A stretch of 63,409 bases of DNA, the filler included, from Octopus bimaculoides (taxonomy: Eukaryota): NCBI RefSeq assembly GCF_001194135.2. It is 4 parts of 4 records of this genome, joined end to end, with 100 filler letters (N's around TTAATTAATTAA, not from the genome) between each part and the next. Parts side by side here need not be neighbours in the genome. Positions count along the whole stretch, not along the records: positions 24,762 to 53,841 come from NC_068983.1; 3 more parts are not named here. One strand, 5' to 3'. The first letter of the stretch is position 1; every line of letters begins with the position of its first letter. Shown piece after piece: positions 26,607 to 38,610 of this stretch. The notes under the pieces were generated by a model. It had not been told where the DNA came from and did no database searches. It worked only from the letters and a program-made list of their open reading frames with translations. The translations under genes were made by a program, and so were the position numbers.

Positions 26607-27720
26607 TTGGTTCATAACTCTACTAAACACAGTTAAAGATTTTAGCCAAGGTGCTAGCCAAGAGAGTGAGGATTGTCGTGGACGACATGGTCGGAGAGGC
26701 ATAGACATGTCCCATCCCAGAAAGGACGATACATGACAACCTTCAACTCATTTGCTACATCATAGAGTGGGTGGGTAACGTTCCTGGCAAAGGTGGGGCA
26801 CTGGTGAATTTAGACCAGTCTAAGGCATTCGATAGGGTCGACCATTGGTATCTAGTGGCGGTCCTCCGGGTGGTGGGATTGGGCCCGACTATCCGAGGCT
26901 GGATCGAAGCTATGTATTGCAACATCGAATCTGTCGTCCGGGTGAATGGGTTCTTCTCGAACCCCTTTGCGATCGAGCATTCGGTTCGCCAGGGCTGCCC
27001 CTTGTCCCCGCTGCTGTATGTATTGGCTCTTGAGCCACTGCTGCGGAGGTTGAGGACTATGGGGGCAGACCTGCATGATCTGTGTTACGGTAGAAGTGCG
27101 ACGGCATATGCAGATGTTACCATCATCGTGTCTGATGAAGGGCAGCTACCTCGTCTAGAAGATGCCATCAAAGGATATGAAGCGGTGGCAGGGACAAAAA
27201 TTAACCAGGAGAAATCAGTCGGCTTGCAACTCGGCATTTGGCATGGCAATCGATGCCTTACAACAGCGTCGTCGGACGCTGGACGAGGGACCCGGTTAAA
27301 TTGCTCGAAATCTGGTTTGGACCAGATCTCCAGTAGGAGAAAAACTGGAGCGAGGTGGCGAGCAAGATGACGGTCATAACTCAGACCTGGTCTGGGAGGA
27401 TGTTATCTTTATTAGGAAGGGCCGAGGTTGCACAGGTGTTTATAGCATCGGTGATAACCCACCGCCTAACCGTTGTGCCTTGCCCCGGTTTGTGGCTGAC
27501 CAAGTTGGAACGGATCCTTTTTCGCTTTTGTGGAAAGGAAAACGCCACTTGTGAGGCGCTCCATCTGCTGCCAAAAACTATTAATGGGTGGACTGGGAAT
27601 GCTTTGGCTGATAATGCGCAAGTACGCGCTGAGGCTGTGACATCTCTGGTGCTACCTGGATGGTGAGCAGGTGTGGTCACCGCATGCCAAGCAACTCTTT
27701 CCACAAAAGAAAATGAAGGG
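26607..27720 (+). mobile_element. L1/Tx1-clade LINE reverse transcriptase fragment
   Basis: ITLLNT..ILAKVLAKR..LDQSKAFDRVDH..VRQGCPLSPLLYVLALEPL..AYAD(D)V; frameshifted and truncated. Confidence 0.9.
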
Positions 27721-27809
27721 GAATTCCCCTCCATTTTTTTATTGCTATATATATATATATATCATCATCATCATCGTTTAACGTCCGCTTTCCATGCTAG
27801 CATGGGTTG

Positions 27810-28600
27810 NNNNNNNNNNNNNNNNNNNNNNNNNNNNNNNNNNNNNNNNNNNNNNNNNNNNNNNNNNNNNNNNNNNNNNNNNNNNNNNNNNNNNNNNNNN
27901 NNNNNNNNNNNNNNNNNNNNNNNNNNNNNNNNNNNNNNNNNNNNNNNNNNNNNNNNNNNNNNNNNNNNNNNNNNNNNNNNNNNNNNNNNNNNNNNNNNNN
28001 NNNNNNNNNNNNNNNNNNNNNNNNNNNNNNNNNNNNNNNNNNNNNNNNNNNNNNNNNNNNNNNNNNNNNNNNNNNNNNNNNNNNNNNNNNNNNNNNNNNN
28101 NNNNNNNNNNNNNNNNNNNNNNNNNNNNNNNNNNNNNNNNNNNNNNNNNNNNNNNNNNNNNNNNNNNNNNNNNNNNNNNNNNNNNNNNNNNNNNNNNNNN
28201 NNNNNNNNNNNNNNNNNNNNNNNNNNNNNNNNNNNNNNNNNNNNNNNNNNNNNNNNNNNNNNNNNNNNNNNNNNNNNNNNNNNNNNNNNNNNNNNNNNNN
28301 NNNNNNNNNNNNNNNNNNNNNNNNNNNNNNNNNNNNNNNNNNNNNNNNNNNNNNNNNNNNNNNNNNNNNNNNNNNNNNNNNNNNNNNNNNNNNNNNNNNN
28401 NNNNNNNNNNNNNNNNNNNNNNNNNNNNNNNNNNNNNNNNNNNNNNNNNNNNNNNNNNNNNNNNNNNNNNNNNNNNNNNNNNNNNNNNNNNNNNNNNNNN
28501 NNNNNNNNNNNNNNNNNNNNNNNNNNNNNNNNNNNNNNNNNNNNNNNNNNNNNNNNNNNNNNNNNNNNNNNNNNNNNNNNNNNNNNNNNNNNNNNNNNNA
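27810..28600. other. Assembly gap (N run)
   Basis: N run; another large gap at about 58366-59296. ORFs spanning these are meaningless. Confidence 0.99.
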
Positions 28601-29054
28601 GACTAACTTTGTAGTTAATCTGCCTTTGATATTGCTGCACCTCTTATGTGTCCATAGCTTGCATATATATATATATATACATATATATGTAACGATAAGG
28701 TTTTTGGTTGTAGTCGAGGGTCACCAATTGTAACGATTGTAAGATGAACGATGAACAGTGATCGAAGTTGTAAAGAAATATTTATTTACCGTTAGCATTG
28801 AAAACAAGCGAGAAAGGTATGTGTGGTGCATGAATATGACAGAGATAGCATTTGTGTGTTTATGAACCATGTGTGCAGATGCAAGGCCAGGCACTGAGGA
28901 AAGGTGCATGCGTGTGTGTATGCAATAATACAAGCATTTTCAAAGCGAACAAAAAAAAGGGTACATGCAAAATATGAATAATAACATAGAACATTCAAGA
29001 AAGATATGCACATGAATTTAGTCATTTTAGTGAAACGAGACGTCGCAGGATTTG

Positions 29055-29183
29055 TGCATCGCGGAATATGTGCATCGTGGAATGTGTGCCTCGCGGAATG
29101 TGTGCATCACGGAATATGTGCGTCGCGGAATGTGTGCATCGCGGAATGTGTGCATCGCGGAAATGTGTGCTTCGCGGAAATGT
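29055..29183. repeat. 16-bp minisatellite, 8 copies (TGCATCGCGGAATGTG)
   Basis: Units read directly, 0-2 substitutions each. Confidence 0.9.
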
Positions 29184-29653
29184 AACTCGTCAAGAAATAA
29201 AAGTGTGCAGTGCAAACAGAACAATACAATAAGCAAAAATAACAAACTTAGCTGAAAATAGCGTCCTTTGTGAAAAGTCTGTTGCTGAAAGTGGAAAGGT
29301 GTGCATGCAAAGAAAAAGTGTTGTTGAAAGTCTATGTGAGAGTCTGATGTACGTGCAAAAGTTCATAGACAATGCAGGGCTTGTACGTCGGGACGAGAGG
29401 AAAAGCGTATGTGTGCCGAAAAGGTTGCATGTGCGGGCTTCCGTATTTTCTTCCAAATAGTTTCTGGGTATATAGCTATCAAAATGTTGCGCTTATAAGC
29501 TTTCATGCTCGGCAAAGTCTTTGTGCGTCGGCAGTGTTGCATTTTGTGAAGTGCATCGTAGATTGCATCGCAGTGTAGAGCTTTTTGTAGCAGGTCGAAG
29601 GAGGGTGCATCTTGGCGGTGATGAAGGTTGTCATTAATTTTCTTTGGTTTAGC

Positions 29654-30335
29654 GGCACTATCATGCTATTAGCTGTCAGAAGTGAAAGTGCTCACTGCTA
29701 GTGAAGTGTCTGTCTGTCTGTCTGCCTGCCTGTTGCTGGTTTGAGTTGATTCTTTGGCTACTGACAGCTAATACCATGACTGGCCGGAGCGAGCTATTGG
29801 CTTACTTACTTACTGATATCTATCTACTATCTACCTATCTATCAATCACTCGTCCACCTTATTAGAAAACACAAATTTAATATAAAAACATATTTCCTGA
29901 AATTGCAAATTATTTAAAATATAAAAATATAATTTTCAACAGAGAGAATTTATCAAAATAGAAAACAAATGAAGTTTGAAGTTTAAAAATAATAGGATCG
30001 ACCACTCACGACTAGCTAGCGCGGACGCGAGTACCCTTATACTCTNNNNNNNNNNNNNNNNNNNNNNNNNNNNNNNNNNNNNNNNNNNNNNNNNNNNNNN
30101 NNNNNNNNNNTCAAACGCATGGATATAGGTGTCGAATTTGTTCCAATAACTTTCGAGTAATAGATAGAGAGAGAGAGACAGACAGACAGACATATAGCTC
30201 GCTCCGGCCAGTCATGGTATTAGCTGTCAGTAGCCAAAGAATCGACAGGCCAGCAACAGGCAGGCAGACAGACAGACAGATACTTCACTAGCAGTGAGCA
30301 CTTTCACTTCTGACAGCTAATAGCATGATAGTGCC
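29654..30335. mobile_element. Foldback MITE with about 143-bp TIRs and 8-bp TSD (Merlin- or MULE-like)
   Basis: Arms 29654-29797 and 30194-30335 start GGCACTATCATGC; TSD GGTTTAGC at 29646-29653 and 30336-30343. Confidence 0.9.
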
Positions 30336-31347
30336 GGTTTAGCGACTGTAGATATGAAGACTGTAGTTCTTTAGTTCGAATCAGCAAAAATGCAGCGGCA
30401 TCTAGCATCAAAAGGTAGTAATTCTTTCGCTCGGGGTCGACAGTTGTGAATGTTGGTTCTTGGGAAGGCTGCAATTCTTTTTTTACGGGGTCATCAATTG
30501 TAACGATATTTGTTGGTAATTCAGCTTCAGAAGGCAGTGATTCTTTTTTTGTTACGGGGTCACCAATTGTAACGATTATGTTTTTGTGAAGGCTGCAATT
30601 CTTTTTTTACGGGGTCACCAATTGTACGATAAGGATTTGTTTGTGGCGATGATAATTTTGTGTAGTTACCGATTGTAATAGGTTATAAGATGAACGATGA
30701 ACAGGGATCGAAGTTGTACAGAAATATTTATTTACCGTTACTTTAATAAATGCCATACAACGACGGGTAGGTTAATGTAATAGTATAACACAGTTCGTAG
30801 AGCATGCAAGGTAAAGGAAAGTTAATTTCGGCCTGTATATGTGTGTACACGATCTTGTAGTAGTAAACAGACAAAGATAGGGTAATGTTACAGAGAAAAG
30901 GATGCGAGCTAGTGATAGTTAAAGAGTCGAGAGAAGTTGTCTCATAGTTGGCTGGTTGTAATCTTCTTTCTCCCTCTGGTCGAGGTTCTAGCTGGTCAGC
31001 CAGACTTCGTTGTCACTGAGTCGTCACCATGTGACTGAACTGGTTGACTAGACTAAATTTTTCTTGGGGTTTCTTTGCTTTTATAAAAATCAAGAAGGAT
31101 AGATATATTATTGAGAATAATGGATTCAGTTGGTGGTCCTGTAATCTCTATTCTAGATTTTCGTGGAGTAGAAGAGGTTAGAAAGGGTCAAGTGGTGAAG
31201 ACATTGTTTTGGCCTAGCTAAAGGCAACTGGAAAATATTAAACTGCTGTCAGAGAAAAACCATTGTTCCACCGTGGGAAAAGTTCTGTTGCAGTGTTGAT
31301 TTAAATTTGGCTATGGTGGATCGAATCCACTTCATGCATGCAAGGTC

Positions 31348-31378
<31 letters not shown>

Positions 31379-32247
31379 ATAGAAATATATTATATATATG
31401 TGTGTGTTTCCCGCCATCGCTTGACAGCCGATGCTGGTGTGTTTGCGTCCCCGAAATTTAACAGTTCGGCAAAAAATATCGATAGAATAAGTACTAGGGT
31501 CGATTTCTTTGTCTAAAGGCGGTGCACTTGTATGGTCGCAGTCAAATGACCGAAGCAAGTAAAAGAATTCTAAGTTATGTGGAAAAGGGTGGAGGTAAAG
31601 GACATGGACTGCACCCCGCTTGCAGTTATTCCTTTTGCTTTTTTTTTTTTCTACGGAAACCCACCTTTTCAACTGTGGAGATTCTGAATCTGCGAAAAAA
31701 AAAAATCGGCATTTCAATATTTTGAAGTCCATGCCCTTTACCTCCGCCAGGTGCAGTCCATGTCCTTTACCTCCGCCAGGTAAAAAAAAAACCGACTCGT
31801 ATAATTTTTCCGAAACTCCTCATCCCACCTGCGGAAAAAATTTTGCCCCTAACAAATTCTGATATAAACTACACAATCTGAAGCGTACTTGTAGAAAATT
31901 TCATTTAACAATATCCATTTTTCTGGAAGTTATGAGCAAACAAATACTAAGCCCAAATATTTAAAAACCTTCGGTGTCTTTTTTTATTTGAATCTCGCTG
32001 TCTTCCACTCGAAAATAAAAAAAATATAAGGGAGACAACTGTAAATGACTACCACGTTTATTTTAAAACAAATTGTATACTTTTTCTCGAAAAAATATAT
32101 ATATTTATATATTAGGTCTATATTTAGAAAATAAAGCAAAAATTCTCATTCTACATTTAAATAATGGTAATAATAATAAGCGTTTTTTTTATTGTCCACA
32201 GCACAACAATAACAAAATTACGGAACTAATTGAAATCATATATATTA

Positions 32248-32255
32248 CCACGTGT
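32248..32255 (+). promoter_or_regulatory. Canonical E-box CACGTG just upstream of the URB1 start codon
   Basis: CCACGTGT, with CACGTG at 32249-32254, 9 nt before ATG 32264. Confidence 0.5.
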
Positions 32256-32263
32256 GGAACAGC

Positions 32264-32423
32264 ATGGCTGAAATAGATGATAATTCGAAAATGCTTCAAA
32301 AAAGAAGCGCCGAGGAAATGCCTTTGGACGAACCAACAGCTAAAGTCATTAAGCTTTCAGATGATGCTTATACTTTTACAGATTTTATCACAGAACTGAA
32401 AGACACATCAACTTCTATAAGCG
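32264..32423 (+). CDS. URB1: URB1 exon 1
   Basis: agcATGG..MAEIDDNSKMLQKRSAEEMPLDEPTAKVIKLSDDAYTFTDFITELKDTSTSIS; donor G|GTAAGA, phase 1. Confidence 0.85.
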
Positions 32424-35400
32424 GTAAGATGAGATATTGTTCCCGCATCGATGTCGTGTAAAATGTTTACATGTGTAAAATGCTGTGCATTTCTGTTTAG
32501 ATAAGTTTGCAGGATATAACATTTTTGACCAATGCTTACTTTATTATCATTTTTAAAAGTATTCTTAGTAGAAAACTATGGCATTCAATCCCAGCTTTTT
32601 ATCAATGTTTCATTAAACGCTAGTTCTCAAACTCGTTTATGTTGCAGAATGAGTAAAGCAGTGATAGAGATTCAGCAAAGAATCTAAAATAGATGTTCAG
32701 AAATTATATTGGTAACACCAGTCAACAAAGTATTCGATTATGACTGGTACACCCGCCTTGTAGGTTTTGTGAGATTTGGCTGTTATTTCTAGCATGTGGA
32801 TAGCCTGCTTCATGGCCAAGGCCGGAGAATTGAAAATTTGAAAATACGATTTTTGAAAATTCTTTTTCAGAATCGGATCCTCCATAACCAAAATCGTGGG
32901 ATTCCATAAACAGAAAATATATCCATTTTCCCGAAAGTTATGATGGAAAAATTGGATCTTGTGAATTTTCCGAAAGTCTTCACCCCACCCAATTTTTGTT
33001 TGTCATATTCGTTTTCTACACAGTTGTTAACACCCAGCAGGCCGTTTTTTTTTGTTAACGGGTGAAGATCTTTGTATTAACTGAAATCTGTAGTTATGCC
33101 GAGTCGTAGTGTATTGCCACCCTGTAAACATGAGCAACTAGAATCTCAACTACAAACGTTAGTCCTCACCCTCACTGAGTAACTCCTGGAGAACACACAT
33201 CTACTGCTTCACATCTAATACAACGCTGCTATATGTAGACATCCCATAATGCATCTAAAAAAAGAGGCTACCTTACTGATTAGGTTTGAAGTTGTGTACC
33301 AACACACTCCAACCTGAGAGTCAGACATGATCTCTCCTCTCTGAGTCTTTACTCCTTGTACTGCAACTCCACTTAAGCAATTCATTTATCTTTTGTCAGC
33401 ATATTGTGCCTCAGCCTGGCACTAACCATTATGTCCAGTCTTTCCTCTCCAGAACAGTTGTCTTCAGGAATTCAGGAATTCCTACAATCATTAACTTGCA
33501 AGTTGTTCTCTGAAATTTGGTGACTTTTCCTAAAATTTATCCTGTTAAATCTTCACATAACTAATTTTGAAAATAACGTTTCTCCATTGCCATGGAAACA
33601 GCAGGAATTGAATAGGTGGCATAAAACAATATTATGTTTTTCATTTTTCTTGTTACAAAATTTGATTATACAGACTTTGTAATCAAAACAGTAGCAAAGA
33701 TGTTTATTAATGATGTATATTCCTGCCAAGTTTCATTGTCATATCATAAGTAATTCTTTGCAAATTAAAAGATTTGTAATTTTATCTTGTAGCCATTTGT
33801 TCAGCAAATTTAGCTTCCCAAATATGTAAGGAAAATAGAATGGGTAGAATATGTCACATTTGGCAGCTGGGATTTTTTTTCCTAGCTGCTAACTAGAAGC
33901 TTTACAACATTGTCCCAAAGTTTAATGAAGTAACACGAGCAATTACCCTTTGAGATTATCACTGTATGAACTCAAAGTAGTAATCATCATCATTTAACAT
34001 TTGTTTTCCATGCTGGTATGGGTTGGATGGTTTGACAGAAGCTGGAAACATGGTTTCTACAGGTACTTTTTACATGGTACCAGCACCCACAAGACTATCC
34101 AATGCCATCTTGATACTTTATTCATTGTAATCACTGTCCTTTAATGTCTGTTTTCCATGCTGGTGTGGGTTGGACAGTTTGACAAGAGCTGGCAAACTGG
34201 AGAGCTGTACCAAGTTCCAGTCTGATTTGGCTTGGTTTCTGTGGCTGGGTGCCTTTCCTAATGCGAACCACTTTACACTATGTGCTGGGTGCTTTTAATG
34301 TGGTTCCCCACATCTGCTTGATGAATTATTATTGAAGTGTCTGAATCCTTTTATTTTTTCTGTCATGACAGAACTTAAGAAATAGAAAATGCATTGTGTG
34401 TATGCGTGTTTAGTGTGTAAATTTTACACACAGTAATAGAAAATTTTTTTAAGAAACTAAGTGGTAATTGTGTACTCAGCTTCATTGGACCTGTTCCTCC
34501 TCTCCCCCTACACCTCAATTCCCAAATTTTGCCATGGTCTCTGGTTGAGAAACAAAGCCCTAGTGTATTTTAAATGTTGAATGAAATCTCTTTGATCTAA
34601 GGTTAATGAGAATTGACTTGAGACTAAATAGTAACTACAAGAACAATATGACCACTGCCATCACCAACTTGGAAACCAATACAAGCCACACCACCATCTC
34701 TAGCAACCCACCAACTTTTGAGTAGCCTACTAACAATAACAGTATCAGCATGATGACAATGTCTCTAGATATATGTTTTATGTCAATGCAATGGTGTGTG
34801 AGTAGTGTGTAGTTATGGTTCAAATCATAGGTGCAAGGGGCAAAATGCCCATGAACCTGGTAATCCTTCAACAAACTGTAATCATGTAGTACTTCCACTC
34901 CTTCACCTTTTCATCTTCTTATGTTCATTCTTACAGCCATAGGAATAAGACAACAATTTTTGTTTACATAAAACAATTTTTTCCTAATGCTATATCTTTT
35001 AATATTTTCATTCCACCACCACCCTTCACACTGTAGTCAACATCTTTTGTGGAAAGAACATACCCTATTATGGTAGTAAGATTCTTATTTATTCCGTCAT
35101 ATCTTTTATGTGCACGTATTGTGTACATAAGTGTACACAAGTGAAATCGAAATCGAATTAAATTCGACGACTGGCACCCATGCCAACGTCGTCTCCTTCA
35201 TTGGAAACGAAACTCGGCTTGCAAAGACCTATTGGGGCAAGCGAAAGCAAAACCGTCAATGGCACCTGTGCCCAGCATCGCCTTCCTGGCACTTGTGCCG
35301 GATGGCACATGTAGACATTCGAGCGAGATCGTTGCTAGTGCCGCCGAACTGGCTCCTGTGCAGGTGGCACGTAAAATACACCATTTTGAGCGTGGCCGTT

Positions 35401-38400
35401 GCCAGTACCGCCTGACTGGCCGCACCCACTACACTCTCAGAGTGGTTGGCATTAGGAAGGGCATCCAGCTGTAGAAACTCTGCCAAATCAGATTGGAGCC
35501 TGGTGTAGCCATCTGGTTTCACCAGTCCTCTGTCAAATCATCCAACCCATGCTAGCTGGAAAGCAGACATTAAATGATGATGATGATTGTGTATGTATAG
35601 CAATTGTTTATTTTCATGCTTGACCATTTTCTTTCTGTTGTTTTTTGAAAATATCAGCTGGAACCCATTATCACTTTATAATATGAAACTCAATGAGAAA
35701 TTTTATTTCATGTTACAGGATTTTGCAATTCAGCTAGTTTTTCAAGAATACATTACTCTCATAGTATGGTGATTCCTGTACTTATTTTATTGCTCTCTAT
35801 TCTTTCAAATCACAACGTATTTGACATAGAGACACATGACTCAGCACACTGGTTTACACTAGTATGCATAAACATGGATGTATGAACATATATATAGATA
35901 TATAATAGGCCTTTGCACAGTTTCTGTATACCAAATTCTACTTACTAGTGGGTTTCAACTCATTATATGATTGCAAAGTTAATCTCTTAACCACATAACA
36001 ATGTGTATGTATTCACAAATCTCTTATTTATTATGTTTTATGAAAATCATCAATTTATATCCTTGATTCTGCTTCTTATGGTCCAAATTGATTCTTATTT
36101 AGAGTTAGGTGAGCCAGGCGACCATGTATCATTCGTATGTTCTACTTTGGATTCTATGACTGGATGCTATTCCTAATACCAGCCATTTTATCATGGTACC
36201 AGCACTAAAGAGTGTCATGTCCTCAACAAAACTAGAGAATCCTCTTCACCCAACATGCTTCATAAATTGACCTCTCCATCATCCAAGGAAAATTAGGTTA
36301 GATTATTAGTTATACAGAAAATGAGCTTCATTCAGCTTGATTTGAATGTTTTACTTACAGTTACTGGTTATATGAATGAAAGACACCATAAAAAAGAAAA
36401 GGTTCAAATAAGTAGTTGTATTATTACTTTAATTAGAAACATACTTTTTTGAAAGATTCAAACATATTTCTGTAGTTTTGTTCAAACTTAAACATATTTC
36501 TTTTACAGCCATATATAAATTCACAACAACAGCCTCAAAATATCCAGACATTAGTTATGACTTGGTGGCTCATTATTGTGAAAATTCCAATGATTTTGAA
36601 GATCTTTTCTCTGTTCTGTTTTCTGTTGAGAAAAATTGTAAAGATGTGAGTTATATTTTAATTTCTACTCTTTAATTGCCGCTTTTAAAAATAATCTTTT
36701 TTTTTTTACTTTCTCAGTGATAAGTTTGTTATATTAAAATTTTCCCCATTTTAACAAGTTTGATGTTAGAGTAAGTAATTACTAGCATAAAGTTAGATAA
36801 GTCTGCAGCAAGCACATTACCATTAAGTTGTAGGCTAATCTTTAACCTGGGTTAACACATCACCAGCCCTTGGGTATCTTTAGTAGGTTCATTCTATTGA
36901 AAGTATTCCAAGTTTCTCATCTGGTGATAACTCATTATTTTGGTGCACTGTTTTCTACTGCAACAGCTCTATTTCCTATGCCAGACTTTGAGGCCCTGCA
37001 ATAGTCAAGTTCTTTTGGTAATGCATGTGATATTGTGTGAAGACCAGTATCGGGAAATCTAAGTTCAACACTTTCATTACTTTCTTGGTTTTCCTCTGTC
37101 ATAAGTACTTTCCACAGTCAACACATAACACTTAAAAACAAGTTTGATATTCATGCATCACAATATTGAAACTGGGGTGTCTGATCTCTCCTGCTACCTT
37201 AGACATATCCGCTGCCATGGATGCATGGTTTTGATTTGGGGATTACATAGAGCAAGATCTACTTTCAGCTCACCTGATTGAGTAAAGTAAAATAATGTTT
37301 TTCAAACTTTCAATCAGGGAAATGTGCCTGGTCTCTGTTGACCAGAAGGAAGAGTTACACATTACTGTAACCAGTCAAGCTGATGTTTGAATATGCATTA
37401 CCATCCAAATGTTGATGGCTTGCCAAAAGATTTCAAAGATATTTTCAAAATATAATGCACAGAAATCTCTAGATGTAAGCTATTCTCTGTCAAGTTAGAA
37501 ATTACTTGTTAGAATCTTGTAATTAAATATGTTTTTTTCTATCACTGTTTTTAGGTTATTCTTGTCTTTGATGCTCTTCGCCTGATTTTGATTCGAATTG
37601 CTAGTGACCTGAACTGTTATCGGAATCTTGGTAACATGATTGCTCAGAAAGTTCTTACTGTACATTTAGAAATGTTGGAAAATGTTTTCAAACTTCGCCA
37701 TTCTCAAGTGACATCAGCCATAAAATTTTTAACAACCATTGTTGTTTTCAGTGAAGCAACTGCAAAATTAGTCATTGCTAAATTTCCTTTTCATAAACCT
37801 AACTTTGTTAAAAATATGTTAAGCAGAAGAAACAAAGCGGTAAGTCAACTGACTTTCTCTTTATATGTTACATATACAAAGTAGTTTTTTAAAATTATTA
37901 TTATTGCATTGTTTGTAGTGTTTGCTGAGTAATTCTTGTCTGAGAAAAAATATTTTATATTTTCTGCTGCTCTGTTGAAATATTGTTGAAAGTATTGTTT
38001 TTTAGTAATATAATAGCTTAAAAGCAGTACTCCATGTGGACTTTTAAGCTAGCTCCTGCAGAGGGCTAATTGGGCCTGTGGCCCTAAACTAAGGGGGGAA
38101 ATACTAATAAAGCATTTATTGGTATCCTACTATCTCAGATTTATATCACAGGATATCACACTGTGACATTTGGAGATCACTGTAAAGCAGCAGAGTAAAC
38201 AGCATTCTTGGTTTTACCATCGTGTGTGAGTATGAAGAGATTAATTGCCATTTCTAACTCTGGAACAACCTACATAGAGCTGACCATGGGAAAAGCATTG
38301 ATGCATGAAGTGAAATCTAGCAATTTTCAGTGATTGTCCTTGAATTTAAGGGGGATGTCTGCTGGAATCAGTGGAATTCTTGAAATAAGCACATTTTCTC

Positions 38401-38574
38401 CTTTTCTCCAGTGAGGATTGTTGCCTCCAAAAGATATGGATTGCATTTGCCTGACAATCAGTCTTGCTCTATTGCACAGCTTTGGGGGAATCCAGCTTTT
38501 TCAAAAGCATGATTGAAACTCCTTTCTTCAATGTCAAGGCATACCAGGAGGTACCAAAGAGATAAGAAACTCAG

Positions 38575-38610
<36 letters not shown>

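Noticed and set aside
27673-28733. ORFs of about 270-375 aa here and at 58210-59365
   Set aside because: They run through N gaps.
30900-31260. Possible divergent gene upstream of URB1
   Set aside because: Frames checked are interrupted by stops, with no convincing splice sites or recognisable protein.
31800-32990. Two short motifs shared on either side of URB1 exon 1 in permuted order
   Set aside because: Short, AT-rich and probably fragments of a dispersed repeat; no element boundaries could be defined.
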